Assembly: GCA_025354785.1 (NCBI GenBank)
Contig: JANXME010000326.1
Coordinates: 1,506-65,505 of the forward strand
Direction of reading: 5' to 3'
DNA: 64,000 bases
Source of the DNA: Actinomycetes bacterium
Lineage (GTDB): Bacteria > Actinomycetota > Actinomycetes > Nanopelagicales > Nanopelagicaceae
Positions 53,897 to 62,679 of the stretch are shown here, one piece after another. Position 1 is the stretch's first letter. The number at the start of each line of letters is the position of its first letter. Both the position numbers and the translations under genes were made by a program. Under the pieces are notes generated by a model. It did not search any database and was not told the origin of the DNA. It saw only the letters and a list, made by a program, of their open reading frames with translations.

Positions 53897-54402
53897 TTGT
53901 GAGCACTCTCGGTGGCGCCACATATAACGCAGCCATTTACATATATCGGATGGGACCTAAATTGATGGTTCGGCGCTGGAGCGGGACGTGTCGAAGCTTT
54001 ATTTGTCATACCTTTTAGATTTCCAATCGTTATGTGGAACACTGGGCGACTGTCAGGGGGCCTAGATTGGACACTTGTTCGTGGGAGCCCCAACCCTAGT
54101 CGAAGTAGTTCCAACTCCGCACTCATTGCATTTACCCAATAATATTTGCCATCGTCATGGACAAACGGATTATATTCAAAATTAATAGGCAGGCCATCAT
54201 TTAGGCCCCATAGTGTTAAGTCTATTGGAACCTCATGGCGAATAACTGAAATATGTGGCGCATATTTCTGATGATTAAGTCCCACTGGCGTCAAGGCTCT
54301 AGCAACCGCAACTATTCCTGGATCTACTTCGACTATAAGCTTATGCCCGGTTGAGTCGTGGGTGTAACGTAATATACCAGTTGAGTCATGCCAACCATTC
54401 AT
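53893..54402 (-). CDS. 2H phosphoesterase superfamily protein (LigT/CPDase-like or Acb1-like)
   Basis: Two Hx(S/T)x motifs, PHISVI and FHITIG, about 80 aa apart. Confidence 0.6.
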   Translation of the reverse strand: MNGWHDSTGILRYTHDSTGHKLIVEVDPGIVAVARALTPVGLNHQKYAPHISVIRHEVPIDLTLWGLNDGLPINFEYNPFVHDDGKYYWVNAMSAELELLRLGLGLPRTSVQSRPPDSRPVFHITIGNLKGMTNKASTRPAPAPNHQFRSHPIYVNGCVICGATESAHK

Positions 54403-54593
54403 GTGGCTTTATTCATCTCTTCAGCAGATAGCACGTGTGTGCCTTCAGGTATGGCGAAATACCATGCCTGCTCCACGCCTTCAGACTCTCTCACATTCAG
54501 GCGATGGGACTCAGCTTCATCTTCGGTATTGTACGGTCCGTTAGAGCCATAATATTGACCAGCAACCTTCCACATCACATAGTATTTATTCAT
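54399..54593 (-). CDS. hypothetical protein
   Basis: 64-aa ORF, 4-nt overlap downstream. Confidence 0.45.
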   Translation of the reverse strand: MNKYYVMWKVAGQYYGSNGPYNTEDEAESHRLNVRESEGVEQAWYFAIPEGTHVLSAEEMNKAT

Positions 54594-54698
54594 ATCACCG
54601 TTGCTTAGGGCGAGTAAGCTTCCTCTCCCTCAACTTTGCGCGTCCGCAAGTTTATAGATAGTGGTTTCAATAACCTAAACGATGGCTTCCTTCTAGGA

Positions 54699-56873
54699 TT
54701 AGATATCTACTTTAACTTCACGAACGCCAATTGTGAATTCGTTGCCATCCACCGTCAGCTTATTATCTTCGCGGCTAGTGAACTCTGAAAACCACCGCTT
54801 CGCAAGTAGAACCGAGAACTTGGTGCGTTGAATGTCTCCACGAACAGTCGCGAGCGCGCCCTTCTCAGCCTTAATCTGCAAATCTAGTTTGGCCAGCTTA
54901 TCCGTCTTACTAGACCCGGCGCGCACGAGGGTTGCGACAGCCTTAACCAAGCCGTTGGCCACCAGTTGACCACTGACCGTCAAAACCTTCTTGGAAGCGA
55001 CCTTAGTCTTCACCTCTTCGACCTTAGGCAAGGATGACAGCCCCTTGATCTTAATCTCGAACTCCTTCGCCATATAAAAGTCGGTGGCGTCGAGCTTCTC
55101 GGTCGGAGGGTTGAATCCAGACTTCGTAACCCCCTTCTCTTTAAGGAACTCTTCCTGCTCGTCGGTCAAGTTCAGACCAAGACTGCGTTCAGTGAGTGGT
55201 TCAAGTTCATTGCGTGCGAAGTTGAGGGCCTTGATGTTCGCCATTAACTCCATCTCTTGGAAGCTGTTGACGCAAAGTACCTTGGCAGATGTCTTCCCAT
55301 CGGCAATCTTACGATTGATGACCGGAATACGATCGAGGTTCAGTGTGTAGCAGCGGCCCTTATAGTGTCGATTGTGTTCGGCGTCGATCACACCCTCAGC
55401 GAGGAATCGGTCGTAAGACGCCTTGGACAGCGTGACCGGGAGCCTCTGCACATTTAGGAAACCATCCTTTACCAGTGCGTAGTTGCGCCACACGTAGGTG
55501 TCGAAGGTGTTCTCCAAGCCAAGGTACTTTGCGTCCTTTCCGAGCTCGATCGTGCCGTCAATTTTGGCTCGAATAGACAGGTTGAGCTTGGTGTCATTCC
55601 ACACCAGTCCGGTCATCGGGACACGCGTATCCTTCTTAGCCTCGAACTTAGGGAAGTCTCCCTTGGTCTTGGTGCCAACTCCTACCTTATGGTATTCGAA
55701 ATCGTCGTGATAGGGGTAGAATTCCGCTTCCTCGTCGTTCATAAGAATGTCGAGCGCATCCAAAAGGCAAAATACATCGGGCTTTGGAAGATAATTCTTG
55801 ACGCGGCCAGCTGAGAAACGCTTATTTTCGGAGCCGATTGCCTCAAGAATACTTTGTTCGACCGCACCATACTCGGCATTGGTGAAGGCATTATTCACTC
55901 GATCGATTACTGCCTTATCGCCGATTACAGAGAGGACGTCAAGAGCAACATCGGTCTTAGTGCACTGAGTGAGTACGTATGCTGCCGCATACATTGCTTT
56001 AGTAAACGTCTCTTCACCTACATTGGATAGTGTAACGGACTCGCCATTCTTCGGTTTCTTATCCGATAGGACGTAGAGATTCTCGTTGGAATTCTTGGTA
56101 GGGGAGAATGCAACCGCGCCATTCTCGACGGCATAGAGATTGACTGTACCTCCGCTCAACGAGAACACCGCACCACCTTCGGAGGCGGGTCTAACCAGAA
56201 GCTCGACTAGCATCTTCGGCTCCGAGTCACGCGACTTGTCCATGAACTTCTGGTAGGCGGTCGGAAAATCAGACAGCTTGCTGGAGTGAATGAGGGCGCC
56301 CGACAGTTGCGACGCCATGTCCGAGAGGAGTTCCTTGTTGTAGTAGTTGCCGTAGCCGACGAGCAACGAAGACGCAATCTCGCCAGACACGTTGGCAATG
56401 GCGGCCTTGATCGCCTTGATCTCCTTCTCATAGGGATGCACTGTCGGATATCCGTCAGTCAGGAAGCAAAGCGCGAACCCATTACCGAGCGGCTTCAGAT
56501 CCTTGACCACCTGCTTAGTGTCATCCAGGATCTCAGAGAAGCACGTCGAGCCTAGAGTTGTGCTGTTAGCGTCGAGAACCTTATCGATATTGTCGAAGTC
56601 CGCCTTGCCAGCGATCTTTAGACCCTTGAGAGGAAATCGAAATTCACCGGGGCTCGAAAAATATCCAACAGTGACAGTATCACCATTTGGTACTGTCCGC
56701 AGACGCGCCTTGAGATCGACGATGAGGGTGTCCAGCACACCATACATCGAACCTGACCGGTCATAGATGAAAATATGATTAAGCCCCTTCGGAAGCTTAA
56801 CCTCCTTCGCCCCATTCTTTACAACTTCCTGTTCAACGAGGTACAACGAATTATTAATTTCAATATAGCGCAT
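54699..56873 (-). CDS. large vWA-domain protein
   Basis: N-terminal MIDAS IFIYDRSGSM; 724 aa; G+C-richer than flanks. Confidence 0.6.
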   Translation of the reverse strand: MRYIEINNSLYLVEQEVVKNGAKEVKLPKGLNHIFIYDRSGSMYGVLDTLIVDLKARLRTVPNGDTVTVGYFSSPGEFRFPLKGLKIAGKADFDNIDKVLDANSTTLGSTCFSEILDDTKQVVKDLKPLGNGFALCFLTDGYPTVHPYEKEIKAIKAAIANVSGEIASSLLVGYGNYYNKELLSDMASQLSGALIHSSKLSDFPTAYQKFMDKSRDSEPKMLVELLVRPASEGGAVFSLSGGTVNLYAVENGAVAFSPTKNSNENLYVLSDKKPKNGESVTLSNVGEETFTKAMYAAAYVLTQCTKTDVALDVLSVIGDKAVIDRVNNAFTNAEYGAVEQSILEAIGSENKRFSAGRVKNYLPKPDVFCLLDALDILMNDEEAEFYPYHDDFEYHKVGVGTKTKGDFPKFEAKKDTRVPMTGLVWNDTKLNLSIRAKIDGTIELGKDAKYLGLENTFDTYVWRNYALVKDGFLNVQRLPVTLSKASYDRFLAEGVIDAEHNRHYKGRCYTLNLDRIPVINRKIADGKTSAKVLCVNSFQEMELMANIKALNFARNELEPLTERSLGLNLTDEQEEFLKEKGVTKSGFNPPTEKLDATDFYMAKEFEIKIKGLSSLPKVEEVKTKVASKKVLTVSGQLVANGLVKAVATLVRAGSSKTDKLAKLDLQIKAEKGALATVRGDIQRTKFSVLLAKRWFSEFTSREDNKLTVDGNEFTIGVREVKVDI

Positions 56874-56940
56874 TGGCTCTTCCTTATTTACACGACATTT
56901 GTGGGGACTACTAGAGAATTATATCATAACAGTATGACAT

Positions 56941-57171
56941 TTACTTATTGTTATAGTACTTGGTCAAATCACACTCGAAATGGCAGGTGACGTCACCGCA
57001 CCCACACTTGACAATATCTGTGTGGTTACTACGTTTATATTCACCGCGTTTCACGCGACTGTTACGGACAGCCTCGGCATGTTTCATGGTCGCAATGGCA
57101 ACTTTGGTTAAGAAGTATCCGCCAGATCTGCCCATGTAGACCAACTTAGTTTTAATATCATATAGTTTCAT
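56941..57171 (-). CDS. hypothetical protein
   Basis: 76 aa, basic, CGCGDVTCHFEC. Confidence 0.45.
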   Translation of the reverse strand: MKLYDIKTKLVYMGRSGGYFLTKVAIATMKHAEAVRNSRVKRGEYKRSNHTDIVKCGCGDVTCHFECDLTKYYNNK

Positions 57172-57179
57172 GCATCACC

Positions 57180-57587
57180 TCAATATGACCGATCGTCGCG
57201 ATTATATTCAGCATCATCATCTTCATGCTGCTGTATCTCAGGTTTTACAACAATTGGGTCTGTGTCAAAAAATCTTACGCCCTCGCACCACACTCTTACA
57301 TAGCTATCTGAGCTAGTACCGCACGTGGTGCATCCTGAGTCAGTGTATTCTACGACACTGCGGAAGTTAATAAGTTTCGTGTCGGTAATCTTGGCGATTT
57401 CCTCTAAACGGTCATACTCGATTTCATATCCCCTCACCCAAAATTCTAAAGTCTTAGCAGTATGATTCTCGCTATATCGCTCAACATTTCCGAACTGTTG
57501 GCTGATTAACTGGTCAAATATGTTCTTAGACATAGTACCCCAGGCAGAGCGAATTAGAATTGCTAAACGACTTCTAATTGACAACAT
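57180..57587 (-). CDS. hypothetical protein
   Basis: 135-aa ORF with acidic C-terminus. Confidence 0.5.
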   Translation of the reverse strand: MLSIRSRLAILIRSAWGTMSKNIFDQLISQQFGNVERYSENHTAKTLEFWVRGYEIEYDRLEEIAKITDTKLINFRSVVEYTDSGCTTCGTSSDSYVRVWCEGVRFFDTDPIVVKPEIQQHEDDDAEYNRDDRSY

Positions 57588-57595
57588 TTCTCCAC

Positions 57596-58051
57596 ATGAC
57601 TATTTTTAATAAATGTACAGGCTGCCATCGCAAATTACCAGAACATGACTTCAGTTTTAAAAACAAGTCTACTGGCTATAGACAATCCAAGTGCAAGAAG
57701 TGTTATAGTAACATTTTGAAAGTCCATTATATGCTGAATAAAGAGGGTTATATTCATAAATATAAGTATCGAGCTAAACAAATCAAATCCAACATTGCTT
57801 CGATCAAATCGAGTAAACCATGTCTAGACTGCGGTGTCGCGTATCCATATTATGTTATGGATTTTGATCATCGACCGGGTGAACTTAAGACTGCTGACAT
57901 AAGTGTAATGATTAGAGCAAAAATGGCATATAATTCGATTTTGACTGAAATATCTAAATGTGACTTAGTATGTGCAAATTGCCATAGGGTACGCACATTT
58001 ATACGTTCTAAACGCCCCCTGAGGGCCTCGAACCCCCGACCTTCAGAGTAG
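57596..58051 (+). CDS. HNH endonuclease, family B; 3' end antisense to tRNA-Arg
   Basis: CTGC..KCKKC, PCLDCGVAYPYYVMDFDH, CDLVCANCHRVRT. The last 38 nt overlap the opposite-strand tRNA. ATG 57596 preferred over track TTG 57578. Confidence 0.8.
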   Translation: MTIFNKCTGCHRKLPEHDFSFKNKSTGYRQSKCKKCYSNILKVHYMLNKEGYIHKYKYRAKQIKSNIASIKSSKPCLDCGVAYPYYVMDFDHRPGELKTADISVMIRAKMAYNSILTEISKCDLVCANCHRVRTFIRSKRPLRASNPRPSE

Positions 58052-58086
58052 AAATCTGACGCTCTATCCATCTGAGCTAAGGGGGC
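58014..58086 (-). tRNA. tRNA-Arg (UCU)
   Basis: GCCCCCT TA GCTC AGATGGATA GAGC G TCAGA TTTCTAC TCTGA AGGTC GGGGG TTCGAGG CCCTC AGGGGGC. Confidence 0.85.
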
Positions 58087-58101
58087 TACTGGGGCAGGAG
58101 A

Positions 58102-58374
58102 TTAGTATTCGCGTGATATGGTTACATGTACGGCTGGGGACTTATTCTCAAATGTTTCGGTAAAGATTGTGACTACCCCTAAAGCGCGCATCCACGCTCG
58201 CGGATTGCTCTTCTTGGTTGGTTTAAAGATGGTTTCGCTTGGCACTTCGAATTTGACCGTGGAGGCTGGAATGCATGCGCCGCGATAATGTACAGTCCAC
58301 GGCAGACCATGCGCGACGCCGGCCTTGCGGAAATGTACTAAGACCACTCGCGCCCTTATTTTGTTGGTAGACAT
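58102..58374 (-). CDS. hypothetical protein
   Basis: 90-aa co-directional ORF. Confidence 0.45.
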   Translation of the reverse strand: MSTNKIRARVVLVHFRKAGVAHGLPWTVHYRGACIPASTVKFEVPSETIFKPTKKSNPRAWMRALGVVTIFTETFENKSPAVHVTISREY

Positions 58375-58508
58375 TCGTGATTTTTAGCCATGGAGCACTC
58401 GCAGCTTGGCGAGGGTGGATAATATAGCAGATATAGAAATGCTGAGAGCGAGACAAATACTAAGAAGATCAAAAGCGCTAAGTCTTGCTCTTTACGGTAC
58501 TCATTCAT
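58353..58508 (-). CDS. 51-aa membrane peptide (below ORF-track cutoff)
   Basis: MNEYRKEQDLALLIFLVFVSLSAFLYLLYYPP..; overlaps the next start. Confidence 0.3.
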
Positions 58509-58552
58509 GACTTTAACCCGAATGCTCTATCAACCACTGTATCTTATCTTCA

Positions 58553-58768
58553 TCACTCATTCGAGTGTGGGTAGCAGATAATGTAGCTCTTGGCGTCGTT
58601 TTTGTCATTGAACGTCTCGCAGCGAACCACCGACTTCTGTTGGTCCGCCAATAGGACAAACTGTTCTTCGCGATTGCAAATGGGGCAGTCAGCCCAGACG
58701 TTACGGAATTCGGGATCAGGGTGCGGATGGGTGCTCCATCCTTCTACTACTTTCATGGTCATCTCCAT
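58553..58768 (-). CDS. hypothetical protein
   Basis: 71-aa ORF with CPIC. Confidence 0.45.
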   Translation of the reverse strand: MEMTMKVVEGWSTHPHPDPEFRNVWADCPICNREEQFVLLADQQKSVVRCETFNDKNDAKSYIICYPHSNE

Positions 58769-58998
58769 TAGACGAATGCTACTTTCCTACCCTTCGCGAC
58801 TGTGGCTACATTATGAAGATTGTTTAGCATCGAAGATGCGTCACGCAGATCGCCCAATGTGACAGTTGACAAGCCGGGTGCATCTGAAATTATCTCGTAA
58901 TCATCGGGGGTGTCATCTGACACCCCGCTCCAGTCCAACAACGTATTGACCACTTTGAGGAGCAATTCAATCTCCTCCACCTTAACCTCATTCGACAT
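58768..58998 (-). CDS. hypothetical protein
   Basis: 76-aa acidic ORF, 1-nt overlap. Confidence 0.45.
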   Translation of the reverse strand: MSNEVKVEEIELLLKVVNTLLDWSGVSDDTPDDYEIISDAPGLSTVTLGDLRDASSMLNNLHNVATVAKGRKVAFV

Positions 58999-59016
58999 TA
59001 TGTATGCTTCTCCCAG

Positions 59017-59400
59017 TTACTTTGAATGATCAAAAAGGGCCATGGGACGATTATAAGGCGCATGGTCGCGATTTTCTTGAGAGAGTTCATCACGCTTTTT
59101 AATGTATTCTCCCCAAGCGATAATCGCCTTGGCCTCGGCGCGCTGCCCTTCCCACGCCTGCTGAAACGCCTCGTTTACGCGATTCAGTTCAGCACGGGCG
59201 TGGGAGAATGTGACAACTGCCTCGTCAAGTTCCCTTGCTGCTTTACGATGTTCTATAGCCGCACCGCTGCTAAAACAAATCACTCCACCAAGAACTAGAG
59301 AGGTAGCCCACCCGGCATACCAAAACTTGGTACGGACCTGTAGGCGATCCAAAAGAAATTGGGACACGATCACCGGACGATCTTCTTTCTTTGTCATCAA
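59017..59400 (-). CDS. membrane-anchored protein
   Basis: 127 aa; TM WYAGWATSLVLGGVICFSSGAAI. Confidence 0.5.
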   Translation of the reverse strand: MMTKKEDRPVIVSQFLLDRLQVRTKFWYAGWATSLVLGGVICFSSGAAIEHRKAARELDEAVVTFSHARAELNRVNEAFQQAWEGQRAEAKAIIAWGEYIKKRDELSQENRDHAPYNRPMALFDHSK

Positions 59401-59624
59401 TTATCCTGTGGACGCATATTACTGAGGAATTCTTCCAGAGACAGCCCGGCAAACCCATCATTCTTACGATAAAGCTCGATAGCGTTCTTTACCCATCGTG
59501 GAACCCATGCTTGTCCTATCATTTTATCAGCCTTGAGTCCCTGACGAATCAATATGTCTCTCAGCATGGCATCCATGTTGATTTTCACATATCCACCGAT
59601 CGCCGGAGTTCGTTTGCGTTCCAT
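59397..59624 (-). CDS. short member of the paralogue family (C-terminal helix module only)
   Basis: WVPRWVKNAIELYRKNDGFAGLSLEEFLSNMRP. Confidence 0.5.
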   Translation of the reverse strand: MERKRTPAIGGYVKINMDAMLRDILIRQGLKADKMIGQAWVPRWVKNAIELYRKNDGFAGLSLEEFLSNMRPQDN

Positions 59625-59626
59625 GG

Positions 59627-59845
59627 CTACTTCTTCTTTTCGGCCTTAGCAACAGCCTTGGCAACGATTGCCAGATTCTCCTTGGCAATGCGGCCCATAA
59701 GACGAGCGCGCTGATGAGCAGCCTTGGGTTCGGGTTCAGTACGATTCAAGACCTCCAGCTTTTGCTGGGTAGTCAATTTGTCGTATCGCTCCTTGCGAGC
59801 GGCGGCAGACTTCTGACGATTCACACGGTTATAGCTGGGCTTCAT
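59627..59845 (-). CDS. hypothetical basic protein
   Basis: 72 aa, Lys/Arg/Ala-rich. Confidence 0.45.
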   Translation of the reverse strand: MKPSYNRVNRQKSAAARKERYDKLTTQQKLEVLNRTEPEPKAAHQRARLMGRIAKENLAIVAKAVAKAEKKK

Positions 59846-59852
59846 GATTTCC

Positions 59853-60062
59853 TCAGAACGGCGGGGTGGGTTCAGGTTCAGGGTAAGGGTATGGGTATGG
59901 CAGCGGGGGCGTTATGTGCGGGACGGGGATTTCTATTTCCTGTGTAACCCTACGTCTACTCGGAGTGGGAAGGTCATACACTCTGGCACAGCGAGCGCAC
60001 ACAGGTATCTTCTCACCTGGATGACGCTCTTCATTATAATCACAAATGTAACAGGCTCTCAT
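59853..60062 (-). CDS. small zinc-binding protein with Pro-rich tail
   Basis: CYICD..CARC; PLPYPYPYPEPEPTPP. Confidence 0.45.
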   Translation of the reverse strand: MRACYICDYNEERHPGEKIPVCARCARVYDLPTPSRRRVTQEIEIPVPHITPPLPYPYPYPEPEPTPPF

Positions 60063-60316
60063 TTAAGCCTCTTAAGCACGATTCGCCGCATTGTAACAAA
60101 CAACACTGCAATCGCAATGCCACCGGGTAGTAATATAAGACCGACCAATACTATCGTTTCGGTCTTATTCGGCTTCGGTCCGAATATTACGGTTGAGGCT
60201 CGCTTTGAAAAGCTTAACAGTGCGATGCCCAATTGCGCTGTGTACATCCTTGCCTTCAACAAGTTCGCCTTTACCTTCTCTGAGCACATCTTCCACCATT
60301 GCACTAATAATGTCAC
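60059..60316 (-). CDS. possible small membrane protein (start unclear)
   Basis: C-terminal TM IVLVGLILLPGGIAIAVLFV; the N-terminal part overlaps the Rnl2 3' end in another frame. Confidence 0.3.
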   Translation of the reverse strand: MTLLVQWWKMCSEKVKANLLKARMYTAQLGIALLSFSKRASTVIFGPKPNKTETIVLVGLILLPGGIAIAVLFVTMRRIVLKRLK

Positions 60317-61121
60317 GCATAGAATTGATAGTACGCTTCTCTTCGGGCATCTTATCTAACACGTGCTGCAAACGAACATCGGTCACCCATTCGTCGGCGA
60401 TTGCTTTAGCATTGTCGAGTACAGCTAGTTTCGCCGGATCGACAACTTTGCGCACACTCGTTGTCTCGCGCCACTCGGGGCGCTTGTGTTTTGCAATCAC
60501 CCGGTCCCCGTTGTTCGCGCGCAACTCTATTAGCGGTCTGGCGACGACGCCTTCGGCGATCTTGTCCGCGCCACACCCATTCCGGATTGCCTGTGTGGAG
60601 AAAGCGTCTCGTTGCGCATCCAATGCCTCAACGGTAGCAGGAATACGAACATAGTGCACAAAGTCAAATCCTAGATCTAGAGCAACCTTCTCGGCCTTAG
60701 GTACACTGAGCCACAAGTTGCCAATTTTTACGTCGAAGGCAACAAACTTGAGCTCTTTCCCGTAGGTATTAGACATACCTTGACATTTGCCACCATATGC
60801 TTCGCCAAAGACAATGACCTTATCCATGCCCAATCTAGTGAAGGCTTCAGACAACTTATCCTTGTCAAATAAGCTAACAAATTTTTCGTATTTCTCCCCA
60901 CCAGAGAAAAATCCGACGCCCACTTGAGGCTTCCCATCACACCCCTCGCATGGTAGCCCTAGATTTTGCGCACTGCCTCCACCACCGCCACATTCGGCAC
61001 AGGGAGTGAGTCGGAAAGATACATGGGCGCTCGTGCCATGAATCTTTTCCATGGCATAACACTCCTTGAAAAGGAGTATTTCTTGGTTCTTGTACAGGTT
61101 CTCTATATGTAAGTATCCCAT
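60165..61121 (-). CDS. ATP-dependent RNA ligase, Rnl2-like
   Basis: Motif I EKIHGTS, FGEAYGGKCQG, EGVVARP, KHKRPEW. ATG 61121 lies directly after the upstream stop. Confidence 0.8.
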   Translation of the reverse strand: MGYLHIENLYKNQEILLFKECYAMEKIHGTSAHVSFRLTPCAECGGGGGSAQNLGLPCEGCDGKPQVGVGFFSGGEKYEKFVSLFDKDKLSEAFTRLGMDKVIVFGEAYGGKCQGMSNTYGKELKFVAFDVKIGNLWLSVPKAEKVALDLGFDFVHYVRIPATVEALDAQRDAFSTQAIRNGCGADKIAEGVVARPLIELRANNGDRVIAKHKRPEWRETTSVRKVVDPAKLAVLDNAKAIADEWVTDVRLQHVLDKMPEEKRTINSMRDIISAMVEDVLREGKGELVEGKDVHSAIGHRTVKLFKASLNRNIRTEAE

Positions 61122-61123
61122 TA

Positions 61124-61600
61124 TCAACTCACGTTTGTAACTGCGTATAGGGGGTATGTTCCCCGAACAAACACACTGCTTAAAACTTCTGGAGCACGAG
61201 ATACTGCGAAACATCGTTTAAGATCAATGTCATCATAATTCAAGCTCCATCCGGCATCTTCTAGCTCATCTCTTAGGCTGCCCATGCTATCATAAGTCGC
61301 TTGTAGTATAGCTGCGATGCCGTCTATTATGTCGTTTTCGACATGAACATGAAGCTCGTCAAGCTTGACACCACATTCTGGGCAAAATTTACACTGCGTC
61401 TTAATCGCACCATCAGCCTTACAGTCTCCTAGATGCCCGTCGTCTTCGTCAATATCTTGACCAAATACCCTAGCGAGGCTCTGCAGTGCATCTAGCACAG
61501 AGTCAAATCCTTTAATGTGGCTAATAACCATGCAGGACATGCTCTGGTCCTCTGCATACCCTTGATAGAGCCATAGTGTTTTGACCGGCTTTTTCTTCAT
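61124..61600 (-). CDS. hypothetical protein
   Basis: MKKKPVKTLW start with AGGAG SD; CKFCPEC ribbon. Confidence 0.5.
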   Translation of the reverse strand: MKKKPVKTLWLYQGYAEDQSMSCMVISHIKGFDSVLDALQSLARVFGQDIDEDDGHLGDCKADGAIKTQCKFCPECGVKLDELHVHVENDIIDGIAAILQATYDSMGSLRDELEDAGWSLNYDDIDLKRCFAVSRAPEVLSSVFVRGTYPLYAVTNVS

Positions 61601-61872
61601 AGTTGCTCCTAAAATTTTGCACCCCATATTAGCCAATACTAATATGATTAGATGTGTGGGTCCGTAACTGGACTAGGACCCCATCTCCACGAATGATCGT
61701 CGCAGGCCGATATATCCACACCAGATTCAACCCTGGCGTTTGTACTATACCACCAACCGGACCTTAACTAGTCTAACCGGCTGAAGTGATGTACTGCGCA
61801 AATCCGAATAGTGGTTCGACGCAGCGTTGTGTCTCTTCCCCATAGGTGCATTCTGGGATCGGGGACGGTTTC
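61601..61872 (-). ncRNA. candidate structured non-coding RNA region 2 (class unknown; strand inferred)
   Basis: 272-nt gap in a tightly packed genome; G+C-rich. Hairpins CCAG-GGTTGAAT-CTGG, GGGTCC..GGACCC, CTGCG..CGCAG. Only a poor 72-aa ORF overlaps it. Confidence 0.4.
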
Positions 61873-62424
61873 TTACAACAACTGCTTCGCGAGTTCGTAT
61901 AAAACAATATTTCCCGCTTGTGAAGTATTCAAACAAAATCCAACTCCCGGCATTGGAATGCAAACAATCATGTCTGACACATGAAGGATTTCCTCTGGGA
62001 CGCCGGTAGTTTCGTGACCAAGCACCAACATAATCTCCTTGCCCCTCTCTACCCTTAGCTCCGACAATGGGATTGCTCGCTCATCTAACTCTAACGAAAT
62101 AAGTGGAATGTTTTTTGCTAGCGTATATTCGAGAAAAGAGCTTGGGTTGGAATGTTGCCTGATATTAATCAGGCGGTTAAGACCACCAGATAGACTAACC
62201 ATATCTCGATAGCTGGGTGCGGCGCCAATGATGTGCAGATCCATTGCTCCGAAACAAGCCATCGCACGGATGATAAACCCAATATTGCCATCACACCGAA
62301 AATTTATAGTAGCAACGGATATGGGGATGGTCTTGGCGCCAAGAGCCTTAGCCATATGTCGCTCAGCGCGAGTTTTTCTCTGGAGAAGAGGCGAGAATAC
62401 ATTCCCACTCTGTAAGACCTGCAT
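61873..62424 (-). CDS. SpoU/TrmH-family RNA 2'-O-methyltransferase
   Basis: NIGFIIRAMACFGA, MLVLGHETTGVPEEIL, CIPMPGVGFCLNTSQAGNIVLYE. GGAGG SD before ATG 62424 (alternatives 62439, 62355). Confidence 0.85.
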   Translation of the reverse strand: MQVLQSGNVFSPLLQRKTRAERHMAKALGAKTIPISVATINFRCDGNIGFIIRAMACFGAMDLHIIGAAPSYRDMVSLSGGLNRLINIRQHSNPSSFLEYTLAKNIPLISLELDERAIPLSELRVERGKEIMLVLGHETTGVPEEILHVSDMIVCIPMPGVGFCLNTSQAGNIVLYELAKQLL

Positions 62425-62677
62425 ATGAATTACCTCCATCAGCTAATTTACGGTACAATTGCTGCACCTCAATGACCCATGGCTCAACAAAAGCCATGTA
62501 ATAAGGTGGCCAATCAGGTTCTTTCGGCACCCACACCCTAATACCAGCCTCTCTGAGTGTTAGCACCTTGTCCATGCGCAAATAACCTAGCGTAACCATC
62601 CCCGGTGGACCTTGATGCAATTTTGCCTCCGATCTTGCGAAATCAGGATGCAGTGGATCGTGCAAAAATCGTGCCAT
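62363..62677 (-). CDS. member of the paralogue family (helix module, no zinc finger)
   Basis: FVEPWVIEVQQLYRKLADGGNSYAGLTEWE. MARFLHD start at 62677; the track start reads into tRNA-Lys. Confidence 0.45.
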   Translation of the reverse strand: MARFLHDPLHPDFARSEAKLHQGPPGMVTLGYLRMDKVLTLREAGIRVWVPKEPDWPPYYMAFVEPWVIEVQQLYRKLADGGNSYAGLTEWECILASSPEKNSR

Positions 62678-62679
62678 AA

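Noticed and set aside
61745-61963. 72-aa minus ORF in the gap after the SpoU gene.
   Set aside because: It overlaps the SpoU 3' end and has an Arg/Val/Ser-rich, implausible sequence with no SD. The region is better explained as non-coding RNA.
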